Origin: a virus
Reading direction: 5' to 3' (one strand)
DNA length: 64,000 nucleotides
Virus record (IMG/VR): IMGVR_UViG_3300002026_002465
Location: 1-64,000 of that record
The position numbers and the translations under genes were made by a program. This document shows positions 52,105 through 61,568 of this stretch, in pieces. The notes beneath the pieces were generated by a model. That model saw nothing but the letters and a program-made list of their open reading frames with translations. It was not told the origin of the DNA and did not search any database. The first letter of the stretch is position 1. Every line of letters starts with the position of its first letter.

Positions 52105-52477
52105 GATAGATTGTCCACTTCACTCTGATTACACAGATAGTGAAATTGAAGAAGTGGTTAAAGATGAAAATAGCAAGGGTGGTTATTGGGCAACCACTGC
52201 AAATCAAGGTCCAGGATTTAGTGTATATTCGGGAGGCAATGGTGGACTTGGTCAATCTTCTACAGCCGTATGGACAACAGCAGCCATATCAACGTTATCT
52301 ACAGCGAATATTGTAACTCTTGGTAATAATGAAGAAATAAAAGTTGATAATGGAATAAAATTTAAAACTAATATATTAGAATGTAATTTAGAATGTTTGT
52401 TTTGTATATATAATAAAAAAGTTGATATGAAAAATGAATTGATTGTTGCTAAAACAAAAAAATTATTGGAGAAATAA
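52088..52477 (+). CDS. Cys/His zinc-binding protein with Gly/Ser/Thr-rich insert
   Basis: CNEIDCPLH...ECLFCIY. Confidence 0.6.
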   Translation: MKICNEIDCPLHSDYTDSEIEEVVKDENSKGGYWATTANQGPGFSVYSGGNGGLGQSSTAVWTTAAISTLSTANIVTLGNNEEIKVDNGIKFKTNILECNLECLFCIYNKKVDMKNELIVAKTKKLLEK

Positions 52478-52820
52478 AATAGTTTATACACAAACTGATG
52501 ATCCTGTACCATATATTATTACAACTACGGATAATTCAAGTCCATATATAGTTAATGGTAACAGCATACCATATTATACAATTTCAGCAACTACATCCAC
52601 ATTTGAACAAGAGATTTACCCTAAAATACCAAATTCGTTAGGTCTTTTATATATTGAAGGAGATAAGATTCTTATAAGAAAAGTAGATGGAGAAATAATT
52701 CTTTGGGTATTATGGGTGAAGGAGATGAAAAAACATCAATCAAACTTGTAACAGAAATTGCTAAAATGCTATTATTAAAAGCTAAAAAAGCTATAAAAGA
52801 TCATAATAAAAAGCATATAT
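52443..52820 (+). CDS. Paralog of 4683/4904 family (apparent frameshift near 52702)
   Basis: LGLLYIEGDKILIR motif; C-terminus LGIMGEGDEKTSIKLVTEIAKMLLL continues in another frame. Confidence 0.45.
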
Positions 52821-52844
52821 AGATTATATAAACAAGGAGAAAAC

Positions 52845-53129
52845 ATGGCTGGATTTGATGAACTTAGTGAAGAGGTTTTAGGAGACATTCGCAAAGGCTG
52901 GGAAAAGATTAAGGTTCTTGCAGAAGAAAAGAAGTCTATTTCAGAAGATATTGCTGAAGAAAAGAAAGAGATCTCCAAGAAATGTGGAATTGCAGTAAAG
53001 GATTTGAATGCAATTTTTACTGTTGTTTTAGCCAAAGAAAAGGGTGAATGGTCAGATGAAGATGTTTTGATTGCTGACAAAATCGCTGCTAGAGTTACTC
53101 TTAGTCCTCCAACTAAGCTTAATGAGTAA
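52845..53129 (+). CDS. DsbA(T4)/GapR-like dsDNA-binding protein
   Basis: EKIKVLAEEKKSISEDIAEEKKEI...G...K.LN.I helical pattern; own terminator. Confidence 0.5.
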   Translation: MAGFDELSEEVLGDIRKGWEKIKVLAEEKKSISEDIAEEKKEISKKCGIAVKDLNAIFTVVLAKEKGEWSDEDVLIADKIAARVTLSPPTKLNE

Positions 53130-53158
53130 CTCTTTTACATAGTCCTCCTTTACTTTTT

Positions 53159-53194
53159 GCTCATGGTGTTTATGCACCATGAGCTTCTTTTTTT
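53159..53194 (+). terminator. Intrinsic terminator
   Basis: GCTCATGGTG-TTTATG-CACCATGAGC then T-tract. Confidence 0.8.
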
Positions 53195-53239
53195 ATAATA
53201 ACTTATACTATTATCAAATTTTTATCAAGATAATTTTAT

Positions 53240-53647
53240 ATGATAAAAGAAAATTATGAAGTTTGGACAAATGATGATATAGATAATTTACCAAAAGGTG
53301 AGAATACAATAAAATTAGTTGATCTCCCACCTGCTATTATATTAAAAAGATGGTATAATTTAGATAATATTTGGAATGAAAATCTTTATTTTTATAAAAA
53401 AGATAGAAAGACTGGATTTTTATTTGCTGTTTCAATTGGAAGCACTAATAGCGGAGTTACTTTTATTACTAAAAAAGCATATTATACTGAAGATGATAAT
53501 TTATATGATGATAGTGATGATGATAGTTATTTTAGTTTTAAAGAGTTAGAACTATCTGATATAGATTCTTTACAAGATATGTTAATGTCTATTTTTGAAA
53601 AAGATATTGATATTGAAAATTATAATATAATGTCATTACTTAAATAA
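53240..53647 (+). CDS. Acidic hypothetical protein
   Basis: ORF after AAGATAAT motif. Confidence 0.6.
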   Translation: MIKENYEVWTNDDIDNLPKGENTIKLVDLPPAIILKRWYNLDNIWNENLYFYKKDRKTGFLFAVSIGSTNSGVTFITKKAYYTEDDNLYDDSDDDSYFSFKELELSDIDSLQDMLMSIFEKDIDIENYNIMSLLK

Positions 53648-53657
53648 GAGGTATAAT

Positions 53658-54241
53658 ATGGATGAATTAAAAAAATATATAATATTCAAGATGAGTTAAT
53701 TTCTGAGGTTTCAAAATCATTTGCAGACTCATCCAAGGAGAATGAATATATGAGCTATAAAGCATCAAAATTAGTAGAGAATTTATTAAGAGAATTTGAT
53801 ATGGCAGTTGGAGCTGTCAGTTCACCAATGACAAATGATCCATATAAAAATGTAGATCCAAAACTATTGAAAACACAACAACTTATTAGAATTTTACAGG
53901 ATAATGCCTATAAAATGATTGATTCACAAAGAGTTGATTCTTTTTCAAGTGAAAATAATTTAACACCAGACATTAAAGAATTGATAACAACAACGTCAGA
54001 ACCAGTAATTAAAGTAATTGTTAAAAAACTTTATTGTACGTGGTTTGGAGAGCAAACAGAAACAGCAGTTGTAACTCCTCCTGTAGTAGAAAAAGAAATA
54101 GAAATAAATGCCGTTGTTATTTCTCCTCAACAAGAATCTTTTATTATAAAGAAAATTGTTGGAGATGAAGTAATATTAGAAGATATAAAAGGTAATTCAA
54201 AGTTAGTATCAAAACAGATATTAAAAGTTTGGATGAAATAA
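53658..54241 (+). CDS. Hypothetical protein (probable start 53658, frameshift in A-run near 53672)
   Basis: GAGG-ATG at 53658 joins the 53750 frame if one A is added to the A7 run. Confidence 0.55.
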
Positions 54242-54253
54242 GGGGAAAATATA

Positions 54254-54835
54254 ATGGATTTAGCATTAAATGAATTCCTTGCACAGCTAGGAAACGAAAC
54301 GGTCTCTAGAATAAATAGAGAAACAAAAGTTAAAACAATTCAACCAGTAAAACCCGTAAAAGAAGAAAGACAAGTTCAAATGCCACAACATCAACCAAAA
54401 GAACAACCTAAAATTATTGAAGAAGAAAAAGATATAAACGAAGATTTTATTGAAACAGCTTTAGATTATGCTAATGTTATTATCAAAACTGTTAGATCAA
54501 GTTTTGAAACTCAGGCTGAAAAAAGAAAAGTTATGGAGTCAATAAGATCAGCTATTAATTTATATTTAGGTGAAGAACAAAAACAACAATCTTTCTTTCC
54601 ACAACATCAACAAAAAATAGTTGAATCTGAATATTCAGGAAAATTAAAAATGAATGACTTCACTGGAAAAGAAGTTGATTTTCAACAAGAGTGCCCCAAG
54701 GGTATGATGGAAAATAATTTAAATATAGGTTTAAAAGAAGGACCTGATGGTAAAAAACAAGTTGATCTAAGTAATTTAAGTCAAAATGATATAGCATCAT
54801 TAAGAATATTAAGTGGAATAGATAATATAAATTAA
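54254..54835 (+). CDS. Hypothetical protein
   Basis: 193-aa ORF, GGGG RBS. Confidence 0.65.
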   Translation: MDLALNEFLAQLGNETVSRINRETKVKTIQPVKPVKEERQVQMPQHQPKEQPKIIEEEKDINEDFIETALDYANVIIKTVRSSFETQAEKRKVMESIRSAINLYLGEEQKQQSFFPQHQQKIVESEYSGKLKMNDFTGKEVDFQQECPKGMMENNLNIGLKEGPDGKKQVDLSNLSQNDIASLRILSGIDNIN

Positions 54836-54985
54836 TTGGAGTTAAAATGTCAGAAATAGAAACTAAACTAGATGAAATTATTATAGAAATTAAAGAATTT
54901 AAACAAATAGCAAAAGATCAAATCGAGGCACTTGAAGAACTTGTTTCTTTGTTTTCTAAATATGATCAAGAGTTGTTGATGGAGA

Positions 54986-55273
54986 ATGATGAAATTAGAG
55001 AAGGATGATTTATCTAAATTAGGCATAGGACAAGTAGTATTAACATATTTTTCTGAATCTCATAGTGGTGTTACTGGATATGTTTGGGTAAAATTAAATA
55101 AAGATAAATATATGTGTGCCGCAAGAATAGATGCTCCAGATACCATCGTCTCTCTTTTACGTTCTTTAACTTATAATGAAGATCAAGTAGGTGAAAGTCA
55201 TAGAATTGAATTGGGTAATATAGATAATGTTCCTGAAAATCAAATAATAAATGCAATTAAGCATATATTCTAA
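54986..55273 (+). CDS. Hypothetical protein
   Basis: GGAG RBS. Confidence 0.55.
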   Translation: MMKLEKDDLSKLGIGQVVLTYFSESHSGVTGYVWVKLNKDKYMCAARIDAPDTIVSLLRSLTYNEDQVGESHRIELGNIDNVPENQIINAIKHIF

Positions 55274-55700
55274 TATGATTAGTGCTGATATAAAATTTGA
55301 AGGCAAAAGAGATAAAGATATTATTTACCAAACAATACGTATAATTCCAAATAAATCTGCAAATCTAAGATATTTTATGTATGATAGATATTTAACCGGA
55401 AGAACATTAGATGATTTTTTATCAGCTATTTATTATGGCGATGGAATCAATATAAAGTTTAAAGAAAAACATAAATTTAGAAATCAAATAACAATTAAAT
55501 ATGATATAATTAATGACATTCCAGTTGATTTATCACCTAAACAAATTCATATAAAAACAGAATCTCCAGCTTTTGATGGATGTATTTATTGTTCTCACTT
55601 TAATGAAAATAAAAATGGTATTAGCCATTGTACATATTATAAAATTTTCTTGAAAAGAGTGAAAAAGTCATGTGTTGATTTTTTTGAAAAAGACCGTTAA
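55251..55700 (+). CDS. Hypothetical protein with C-terminal Cys cluster
   Basis: CIYCSH...HC...SC. Confidence 0.6.
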   Translation: MQLSIYSNMISADIKFEGKRDKDIIYQTIRIIPNKSANLRYFMYDRYLTGRTLDDFLSAIYYGDGINIKFKEKHKFRNQITIKYDIINDIPVDLSPKQIHIKTESPAFDGCIYCSHFNENKNGISHCTYYKIFLKRVKKSCVDFFEKDR

Positions 55701-56338
55701 TATGTATATTCAGATATAGCATCTAACAAGTCTTCAGCATCTTCCAAATTAGATTTAGCCACTCCAATTAAATCATTGTAATCAATAATTTTATCTTCTA
55801 TCTCCCAATAATCATCTTTCCAATTATTTAAATCATCTATTTGATCATCAACACTCTGTTGATCAAAATCATCATTAGCAATAGGTGGTTTTATTTTCTT
55901 TTTATATGTTGTGCTGTTAATTAATAATAATGGCATGGATGAAATATCTCTTATATTACTAACCAATTCTTCAAACTTATCCAATGATTGATCTTGTTCT
56001 TTTTTTAAAGAATATACTTCATTTTCCATTTCATCTGTTTGATTTGTTATTTCTTTAATACAATCTTCTATCCATGATATTTCTTTTATTATATCATATT
56101 TATATTTTGTTTGGTATATTATAAAACACTTTAAAGTATCATAACTATAACCAAATCTTTTCATACCTTTTAATTGTGCTGATAACTTTATAACGAAATC
56201 TGGGCGGTTAAATATATTGAAAAACAAATAACTAAAATGATCTTCATTTAAAGGTATATCATAATTATATAAAGATTTATAATCTTCTTTTGTTGAGTTT
56301 GTATATTGTGTTATTTTAATTAAATCTTTTTCTTTCAT
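55697..56338 (-). CDS. Acidic coiled-coil protein
   Basis: Last gene of minus-strand operon. Confidence 0.65.
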   Translation of the reverse strand: MKEKDLIKITQYTNSTKEDYKSLYNYDIPLNEDHFSYLFFNIFNRPDFVIKLSAQLKGMKRFGYSYDTLKCFIIYQTKYKYDIIKEISWIEDCIKEITNQTDEMENEVYSLKKEQDQSLDKFEELVSNIRDISSMPLLLINSTTYKKKIKPPIANDDFDQQSVDDQIDDLNNWKDDYWEIEDKIIDYNDLIGVAKSNLEDAEDLLDAISEYTY

Positions 56339-56685
56339 TTTTTACCTATAAAAATATCTTTAATTAAATTTTTTTTATTTGCTTCTGTTAATTTACCAAC
56401 ACCAGCATATTTAATAATAGCATAATTTCCTTCTAAATCTTGAATTACATATTTTAAGTTATCTTCAAATGCATTATGATATATCTTATTTTGATCATCA
56501 ACTGTTAATATTTCTCTTATATAACATATTGTTTCATTTGGAATAAATAAATATTCTTCATTGTTTTTAGTAAAATAATCAATTACTTGGGGATTTTTCA
56601 GAATACTTGTAAATCCTTTTATTTTGTGAAAAACTCCATATATATATTCTTCATTAATAACAATTACTACATCTTCTATATTCAT
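56335..56685 (-). CDS. Tandem paralog family member 3
   Basis: M.IED.V.I.NE..IY..F..I.GF..IL / YVIQDLEGNYAII. Confidence 0.7.
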   Translation of the reverse strand: MNIEDVVIVINEEYIYGVFHKIKGFTSILKNPQVIDYFTKNNEEYLFIPNETICYIREILTVDDQNKIYHNAFEDNLKYVIQDLEGNYAIIKYAGVGKLTEANKKNLIKDIFIGKK

Positions 56686-57033
56686 TTAAACCTTTTTAAA
56701 AATGGTATCAAATAAAAACACTTTATCATCTTTTGTTAACATTCTAATACCTCTTTTATTTGTTATAGCATAATTTCCTTTCAAGTCTTGAACTACATAT
56801 TTATCACATGCATTGTCTAGTTTAAGAGGAAGTTTTTCTTGACTTTCAATTGTTATTATTTCTTTTAAAAAACATATTTCTTTATTTTTAATAACATAAT
56901 CTCTTAATTTACAATTTTTATAAAAATCAATTAATTCTTGATTTGTTAAAATATTTACAAATCCACCTATTTGATTAAAAGTTGGATATATCATATTTTC
57001 ATTTGTAATTACTAACAAATCTTCTATTTTCAT
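56686..57033 (-). CDS. Tandem paralog family member 2
   Basis: MKIEDLLVITNENMIYPTF / YVVQDLKGNYAIT. Confidence 0.7.
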   Translation of the reverse strand: MKIEDLLVITNENMIYPTFNQIGGFVNILTNQELIDFYKNCKLRDYVIKNKEICFLKEIITIESQEKLPLKLDNACDKYVVQDLKGNYAITNKRGIRMLTKDDKVFLFDTIFKKV

Positions 57034-57374
57034 ATCTTTCCTTGGAATATTCTATCAAATAGATATACTCTATCACCCTCTTTTAATTTTTTAGTAGCAA
57101 TACAATCAATAATTGAATATTCACCTCTAAGGGTACGAATAATATATTTAGCTCTCGTTTCATATTCTGATGGAGTAAGAGCACTTACTTGTTGTCCTGT
57201 TAACATCTGAACAACTTGACAAATTACTCCATTTCTTTGGTCAGTTTCATCATGTTTTTTAAAATAGTCTTCTGCTTCTTTATCTTTTAAAATATCATAA
57301 AAACCTACAGTTTGGTGAAATGATGGATATACTTTACCACTATCTATAATTTCAACTAAATCAGTTATTGTCAT
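57030..57374 (-). CDS. Tandem paralog family member 1
   Basis: MTITDLVEIIDSGKVYPSF / YIIRTLRGEYSII. Confidence 0.7.
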   Translation of the reverse strand: MTITDLVEIIDSGKVYPSFHQTVGFYDILKDKEAEDYFKKHDETDQRNGVICQVVQMLTGQQVSALTPSEYETRAKYIIRTLRGEYSIIDCIATKKLKEGDRVYLFDRIFQGKI

Positions 57375-57772
57375 ACCATCCTCATATTTCCAAAACTATC
57401 AAATTGTAGAGCAAATATTCCATTTTTTTTACAATTCTCTAATTCCCATTTTGAAAAACTAGGTCCAGCAATTATACTTTTTACTTCTCTTGTTCTGTAT
57501 AATTGCTTTTGAATAAAATGAGAATATCTTTTTACTTGATCACAAACACCAATATCAATATTTACTTTTTTTAATTCTAAAACAAACATTGGATTCTCCA
57601 TTGGAATATTACTAACTTCAACTTCATAAACTAAATCTGCTCTTTTACTACCATCATCTGTTCTTATTGGAAATTCTATTCCATATAATCTTAGTTTATC
57701 TAAACCAAGAGTTTCTTTTAATTTATCATGCCAATCATTAATAAACTTGCTTTGTATTTCTTTTTCTAACAT
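57371..57772 (-). CDS. PD-(D/E)XK nuclease, NucS C-terminal-like
   Basis: EKEIQ, IEF, RADL, LELKK, QVKRY motifs. Confidence 0.75.
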   Translation of the reverse strand: MLEKEIQSKFINDWHDKLKETLGLDKLRLYGIEFPIRTDDGSKRADLVYEVEVSNIPMENPMFVLELKKVNIDIGVCDQVKRYSHFIQKQLYRTREVKSIIAGPSFSKWELENCKKNGIFALQFDSFGNMRMV

Positions 57773-57775
57773 TTT

Positions 57776-58153
57776 TTACTCCTTGTCATAAATATAACCT
57801 TGTAATGTTTCACCATTAGACAATTTCATTATATTTATTATTTTCTTTTTGTTATCAAAATATATTTCTATATAACCTAAATCATATCTATCATCATTTA
57901 ATGAAAATAAAAGTGGATAAGTAACTGCTAAATAAGTTCCTTCACTTAATTTGCCAATAATATCTAAATCAGATATTTTTACTCTTTTTTTGAATGCTGA
58001 TTTTATATCATTTTTTATATCTTGTTTTTCTTTATCAGATAAAACTGATATTTTATTAATGTCTCTATAGAAAAAACTTAATTCAGATAATTCTTTAGCA
58101 TATGAATTATCATCAAATACTCTTCTTATTAAATTATTCAGGCTCATATTCAA
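57776..58153 (-). CDS. Hypothetical protein
   Basis: ORF in minus-strand operon. Confidence 0.6.
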   Translation of the reverse strand: MNMSLNNLIRRVFDDNSYAKELSELSFFYRDINKISVLSDKEKQDIKNDIKSAFKKRVKISDLDIIGKLSEGTYLAVTYPLLFSLNDDRYDLGYIEIYFDNKKKIINIMKLSNGETLQGYIYDKE

Positions 58154-58406
58154 ATACTCTCTTTATTAAAGTTCCTTGTGGATTTGTATAAACAGGAGCA
58201 ACTTCTACAATATCATCTGTATCAAAATTTGAACCAAGTCTCATCCAACCAATAGATGTACTAACTTCATCAGTATATAATACATCTATATATTCTCTAC
58301 CATTTGAATTATAACCAACTTCTCCAAACCAACATATAGTTCTATATAAAAAATCTGAATCATTAGAAAATGCTAATATTCTATTTGATAATTTATCAAA
58401 ATCCAC
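58134..58406 (-). CDS. Hypothetical protein
   Basis: GGGAG RBS on minus strand. Confidence 0.55.
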   Translation of the reverse strand: MDFDKLSNRILAFSNDSDFLYRTICWFGEVGYNSNGREYIDVLYTDEVSTSIGWMRLGSNFDTDDIVEVAPVYTNPQGTLIKRVFEYEPE

Positions 58407-58495
58407 ATTATCTCCCTTAGTAGTACTTATTTTTATAAGACTATATTTATACGTTCACCTGGTGAACAGTAGAGTTCACCAAGAAAACAGCCTGT

Positions 58496-59068
58496 TCATC
58501 TGGTGAACACATCCTTACTTTGTTCAATATTTTTAATATATTCATCAGTTATATTACCAGCTTGTAATTCTTTAGCAAAAACACATAAAGCTGTTGAATC
58601 AACAACATTGTCATTCATTCTCATATCAGGGAGTTTTTTTGTTCCATAATTTTTTAATATTGGAATATCATAACCTCTATCTATAGTTGCTTGGAGCATT
58701 TCTTCTTTCTTGGCATTACCCTTACCAAACCAATATTTTTTTAATGTAGTTGGTGGAATGATAATAAAATTAACACCTAATTCAACAAACTTGGCACGTA
58801 ATAAATGTGATAGTCCACCCATTGTCATAACTGATCTTCCCAGTGCACCAAAAGCAAGACCTTCTATTGCTATATAGTTTATCTTATGTTTATTTATTAA
58901 TTTTTCTATCTCTTTTGAAATATAAATAATTCTTCTTGTATTATCAATATCTGGAGCACAAGTTTCTTTTGTTCTTTCTGTTTCTATTAAATAATAATAA
59001 AAATTGTTTTCATCATAAATTGTAATGCCAGAACCAGTTAAGCTTTGATCAATCCCACAAATTTTCAT
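58496..59068 (-). CDS. ruvC: RuvC-like Holliday junction resolvase
   Basis: CGIDQSLTGSG, AIEG, TLKKY..GKGNAKKEEM, DNVVDS. Confidence 0.88.
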   Translation of the reverse strand: MKICGIDQSLTGSGITIYDENNFYYYLIETERTKETCAPDIDNTRRIIYISKEIEKLINKHKINYIAIEGLAFGALGRSVMTMGGLSHLLRAKFVELGVNFIIIPPTTLKKYWFGKGNAKKEEMLQATIDRGYDIPILKNYGTKKLPDMRMNDNVVDSTALCVFAKELQAGNITDEYIKNIEQSKDVFTR

Positions 59069-59136
59069 ATTTTCTCCTTTAATCTATATATTTATCTTTA
59101 TACTTCTAAGATAATAATAATGACAAGGGGAAAGAA

Positions 59137-59667
59137 ATGTACGATTCTAAACAAGAAGCTTGGAATGATTATGAAACAGAAGTTGAAAATGTATTTGATA
59201 TTGAAATTGATGATACTCCTTCATCAGATATAGTATATAATAATACAGAACCAAGAACAAAATACTATTATACAAATCAAAAAATTATGACAAGTGCTAT
59301 ACAAAAATCTATTAAAAGATTAAAAGAAATGATACAAGATGGGAAAAATGCAGAAGATCCTTCATCAACTATAGAAGAAAATTGGGAAAGCAATTTTAAT
59401 GATGTAAAAAGTGATTATCCTATATGGAAGGATTATATTTATAGTGATGATTATAATAGAGAGTATAATGTTCTTTCAGAAATATTTTGGAATGATTTTA
59501 ATAGAGAGTATGAAGATGAATTAAGTTATTTTGATGATTGGAGAGATTGGAATCAACTTGAAGGCCAAATAGAACAAATAATAGATGATATTAAAAATAT
59601 TCCAGATAAAATAAATAAAATAAAAATTGATATTGGTCGTTTAATAATATCAAGGTGTTTTCAATGA
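59137..59667 (+). CDS. Acidic hypothetical protein
   Basis: 176-aa ORF, GGGG RBS. Confidence 0.65.
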   Translation: MYDSKQEAWNDYETEVENVFDIEIDDTPSSDIVYNNTEPRTKYYYTNQKIMTSAIQKSIKRLKEMIQDGKNAEDPSSTIEENWESNFNDVKSDYPIWKDYIYSDDYNREYNVLSEIFWNDFNREYEDELSYFDDWRDWNQLEGQIEQIIDDIKNIPDKINKIKIDIGRLIISRCFQ

Positions 59668-59927
59668 AAAAATCTAAATATTACTTGAATAAATGTTTTC
59701 AAGTTAGTCTTGAAACTCATATATTATCTATTATTTATTTTTATAAAGAAACTGAACATGATTTAATTTCTTTTACTATTAATTTTGGAAATAATAGAAT
59801 ATATACACAAGATTTGTGGCCAAAAACACTAAGCTTTGATCACTTAACAATGAAAGATATTCAACATTTGTTTATTACAAGCATATTTACTGGGTCTTTT
59901 AAAATAGATACAGAAATGAAATTATAA
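59655..59927 (+). CDS. Hypothetical protein
   Basis: ORF in operon. Confidence 0.5.
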   Translation: MFSMKKSKYYLNKCFQVSLETHILSIIYFYKETEHDLISFTINFGNNRIYTQDLWPKTLSFDHLTMKDIQHLFITSIFTGSFKIDTEMKL

Positions 59928-59942
59928 AGGCATATATAGTAT

Positions 59943-60632
59943 ATGATGAAAAGATATTCAGCTTCTGGTATTAAGACATATGAATCATGTAAATTAAAGT
60001 ATCATTTACATTACAACAAAGAAATAAAAATAGATAAAATTATTAGTGCTGACACTTCTTTTGGATTAGTAATTCATGAGATTGCAGAAAACTATACTGG
60101 TAAAAATTATCCTGAGTTATTAGAGATTGTTAATAAATACAAGAATGATTTAGATAAAGAGTTTAAAAATATTCTCCCTACAACTATAGATAACATGTTT
60201 AATTGGTTAAGGAAATACTCCAAGTTTGAATCTAAAAACGAACAAGAGTTAGAATTAAAAACAGATGATTATTGGATATATGGTTTGGCAGATAAAATAT
60301 TTGAAAAAAATAAAATGTTTGTTGATTATAAAACTGCTAAAAGTAATTTCAGAGAGAATCATCTTTTCCAAATGCAATTATATAATTTAATACTTTCTAA
60401 AAAATGGAATTGTGATCCAAGTAAAATTAAGTGTATAATATATTATCCAAGAATAAATGAAGAAGATAAGATATTATTTAATAATACTCAAATAGAGATA
60501 TTTGAAAAATCACTCAAGAAAACAATTCTTGATATAGAAACGAATACAAAATGGCTTCCAACTAAGGGATATCATTGTAGATGGTGTGAGTATAAAGAAT
60601 CAGGACATTGTCCAATACAGGAGAAAAAATGA
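59943..60632 (+). CDS. Cas4/RecB-like PD-(D/E)XK exonuclease
   Basis: YSASGIKTYESCKLKY, G..IHE, GLADK, VDYKT, QMQLY, CRWCEYK..CP. Confidence 0.88.
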   Translation: MMKRYSASGIKTYESCKLKYHLHYNKEIKIDKIISADTSFGLVIHEIAENYTGKNYPELLEIVNKYKNDLDKEFKNILPTTIDNMFNWLRKYSKFESKNEQELELKTDDYWIYGLADKIFEKNKMFVDYKTAKSNFRENHLFQMQLYNLILSKKWNCDPSKIKCIIYYPRINEEDKILFNNTQIEIFEKSLKKTILDIETNTKWLPTKGYHCRWCEYKESGHCPIQEKK

Positions 60633-60868
60633 GTAAAGAAAAACTTATACTACAAGGTGAAGATCCTATTCTTGTAGAAAAATGGGCTGCTTATTTAGCA
60701 CTTTGGCCAAGTAAAATTAAATGTCAAGAACTTGCCTTAAAAAGTGGATATAAAGATGTAAGATTCTATAATCCAAAGACAGCTATAACCATATCTCCAT
60801 ATCAAAAAGATAGACTGACAATTTATTATAATGACAAGAATAAAATATACAAGATTATTGAGGGGTAA
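60608..60868 (+). CDS. Hypothetical protein
   Basis: ORF in operon; likely start 60629. Confidence 0.55.
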   Translation: MSNTGEKMSKEKLILQGEDPILVEKWAAYLALWPSKIKCQELALKSGYKDVRFYNPKTAITISPYQKDRLTIYYNDKNKIYKIIEG

Positions 60869-60870
60869 AT

Positions 60871-61557
60871 ATGATAAAAAATCCAAAAGCATTAATGACT
60901 TTGGTAAGAAATAAATTAAATGTTGATCAACCTTTAGAAGAGAGAATGAAGTGGTTTCATGAAAAGGGAATAACTGTTATTGAAAAAGATGGTAGATATT
61001 ATTTAAAGGCAGATCCAAGAGGTCATCATTCTGAGTTATCAGACGTTTGTAATAATGTGATATTTCATAATCAATATTTATGTGCATTTCCAGGATGGAT
61101 AGAACAAGAAACATCATGGACAGATTTAAAAAAGAATGAAAAATTTGTATTAGATGATAACACTATTTTTACAAAACCATTAGATGAAGGTCATACTATA
61201 TACATGTATTGGGATGAAGTTGATATTGAATGGAAGTTTTCATCTACTAAAAAACTAGAATCACCATACGCTGTAATTGTAAAAAATATGGTTAAAAACA
61301 TTATGGCAGGTGAATATTGTTATACTTATAACTTAAGACTTATAGAAAGTGGAGATAATAAAGGATTGTATCTTGAAAGTCTTTTTAATCATAAAACATT
61401 CAAAGAAGAATCTTTACAAAGACTTGTTCAATTTGCTACAAGATTTGAAATAAAACACACTGATTTATTTGTTATAAAAAACAATCTTGAAAAAGAAGAT
61501 TTGCCATTAATAGTGAGAGATGTTTCAGGAAATAAGTATAAAATTACTAGTTTATAA
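60871..61557 (+). CDS. Degenerate RNA ligase 1 (Rnl1)-like protein
   Basis: TKPLDEGHTIYMYW..W.FSST resembles EKxDGS motif I region; PLIVRDVSGNKYKI resembles motifs IV/V. Confidence 0.45.
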   Translation: MIKNPKALMTLVRNKLNVDQPLEERMKWFHEKGITVIEKDGRYYLKADPRGHHSELSDVCNNVIFHNQYLCAFPGWIEQETSWTDLKKNEKFVLDDNTIFTKPLDEGHTIYMYWDEVDIEWKFSSTKKLESPYAVIVKNMVKNIMAGEYCYTYNLRLIESGDNKGLYLESLFNHKTFKEESLQRLVQFATRFEIKHTDLFVIKNNLEKEDLPLIVRDVSGNKYKITSL

Positions 61558-61568
61558 CAAGATATATT

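Noticed and set aside
59943-60632. Cas4-like gene as evidence of a phage CRISPR-Cas locus
   Set aside because: Stand-alone Cas4/RecB-like nucleases are common in phages; no cas1/cas2 or array nearby.
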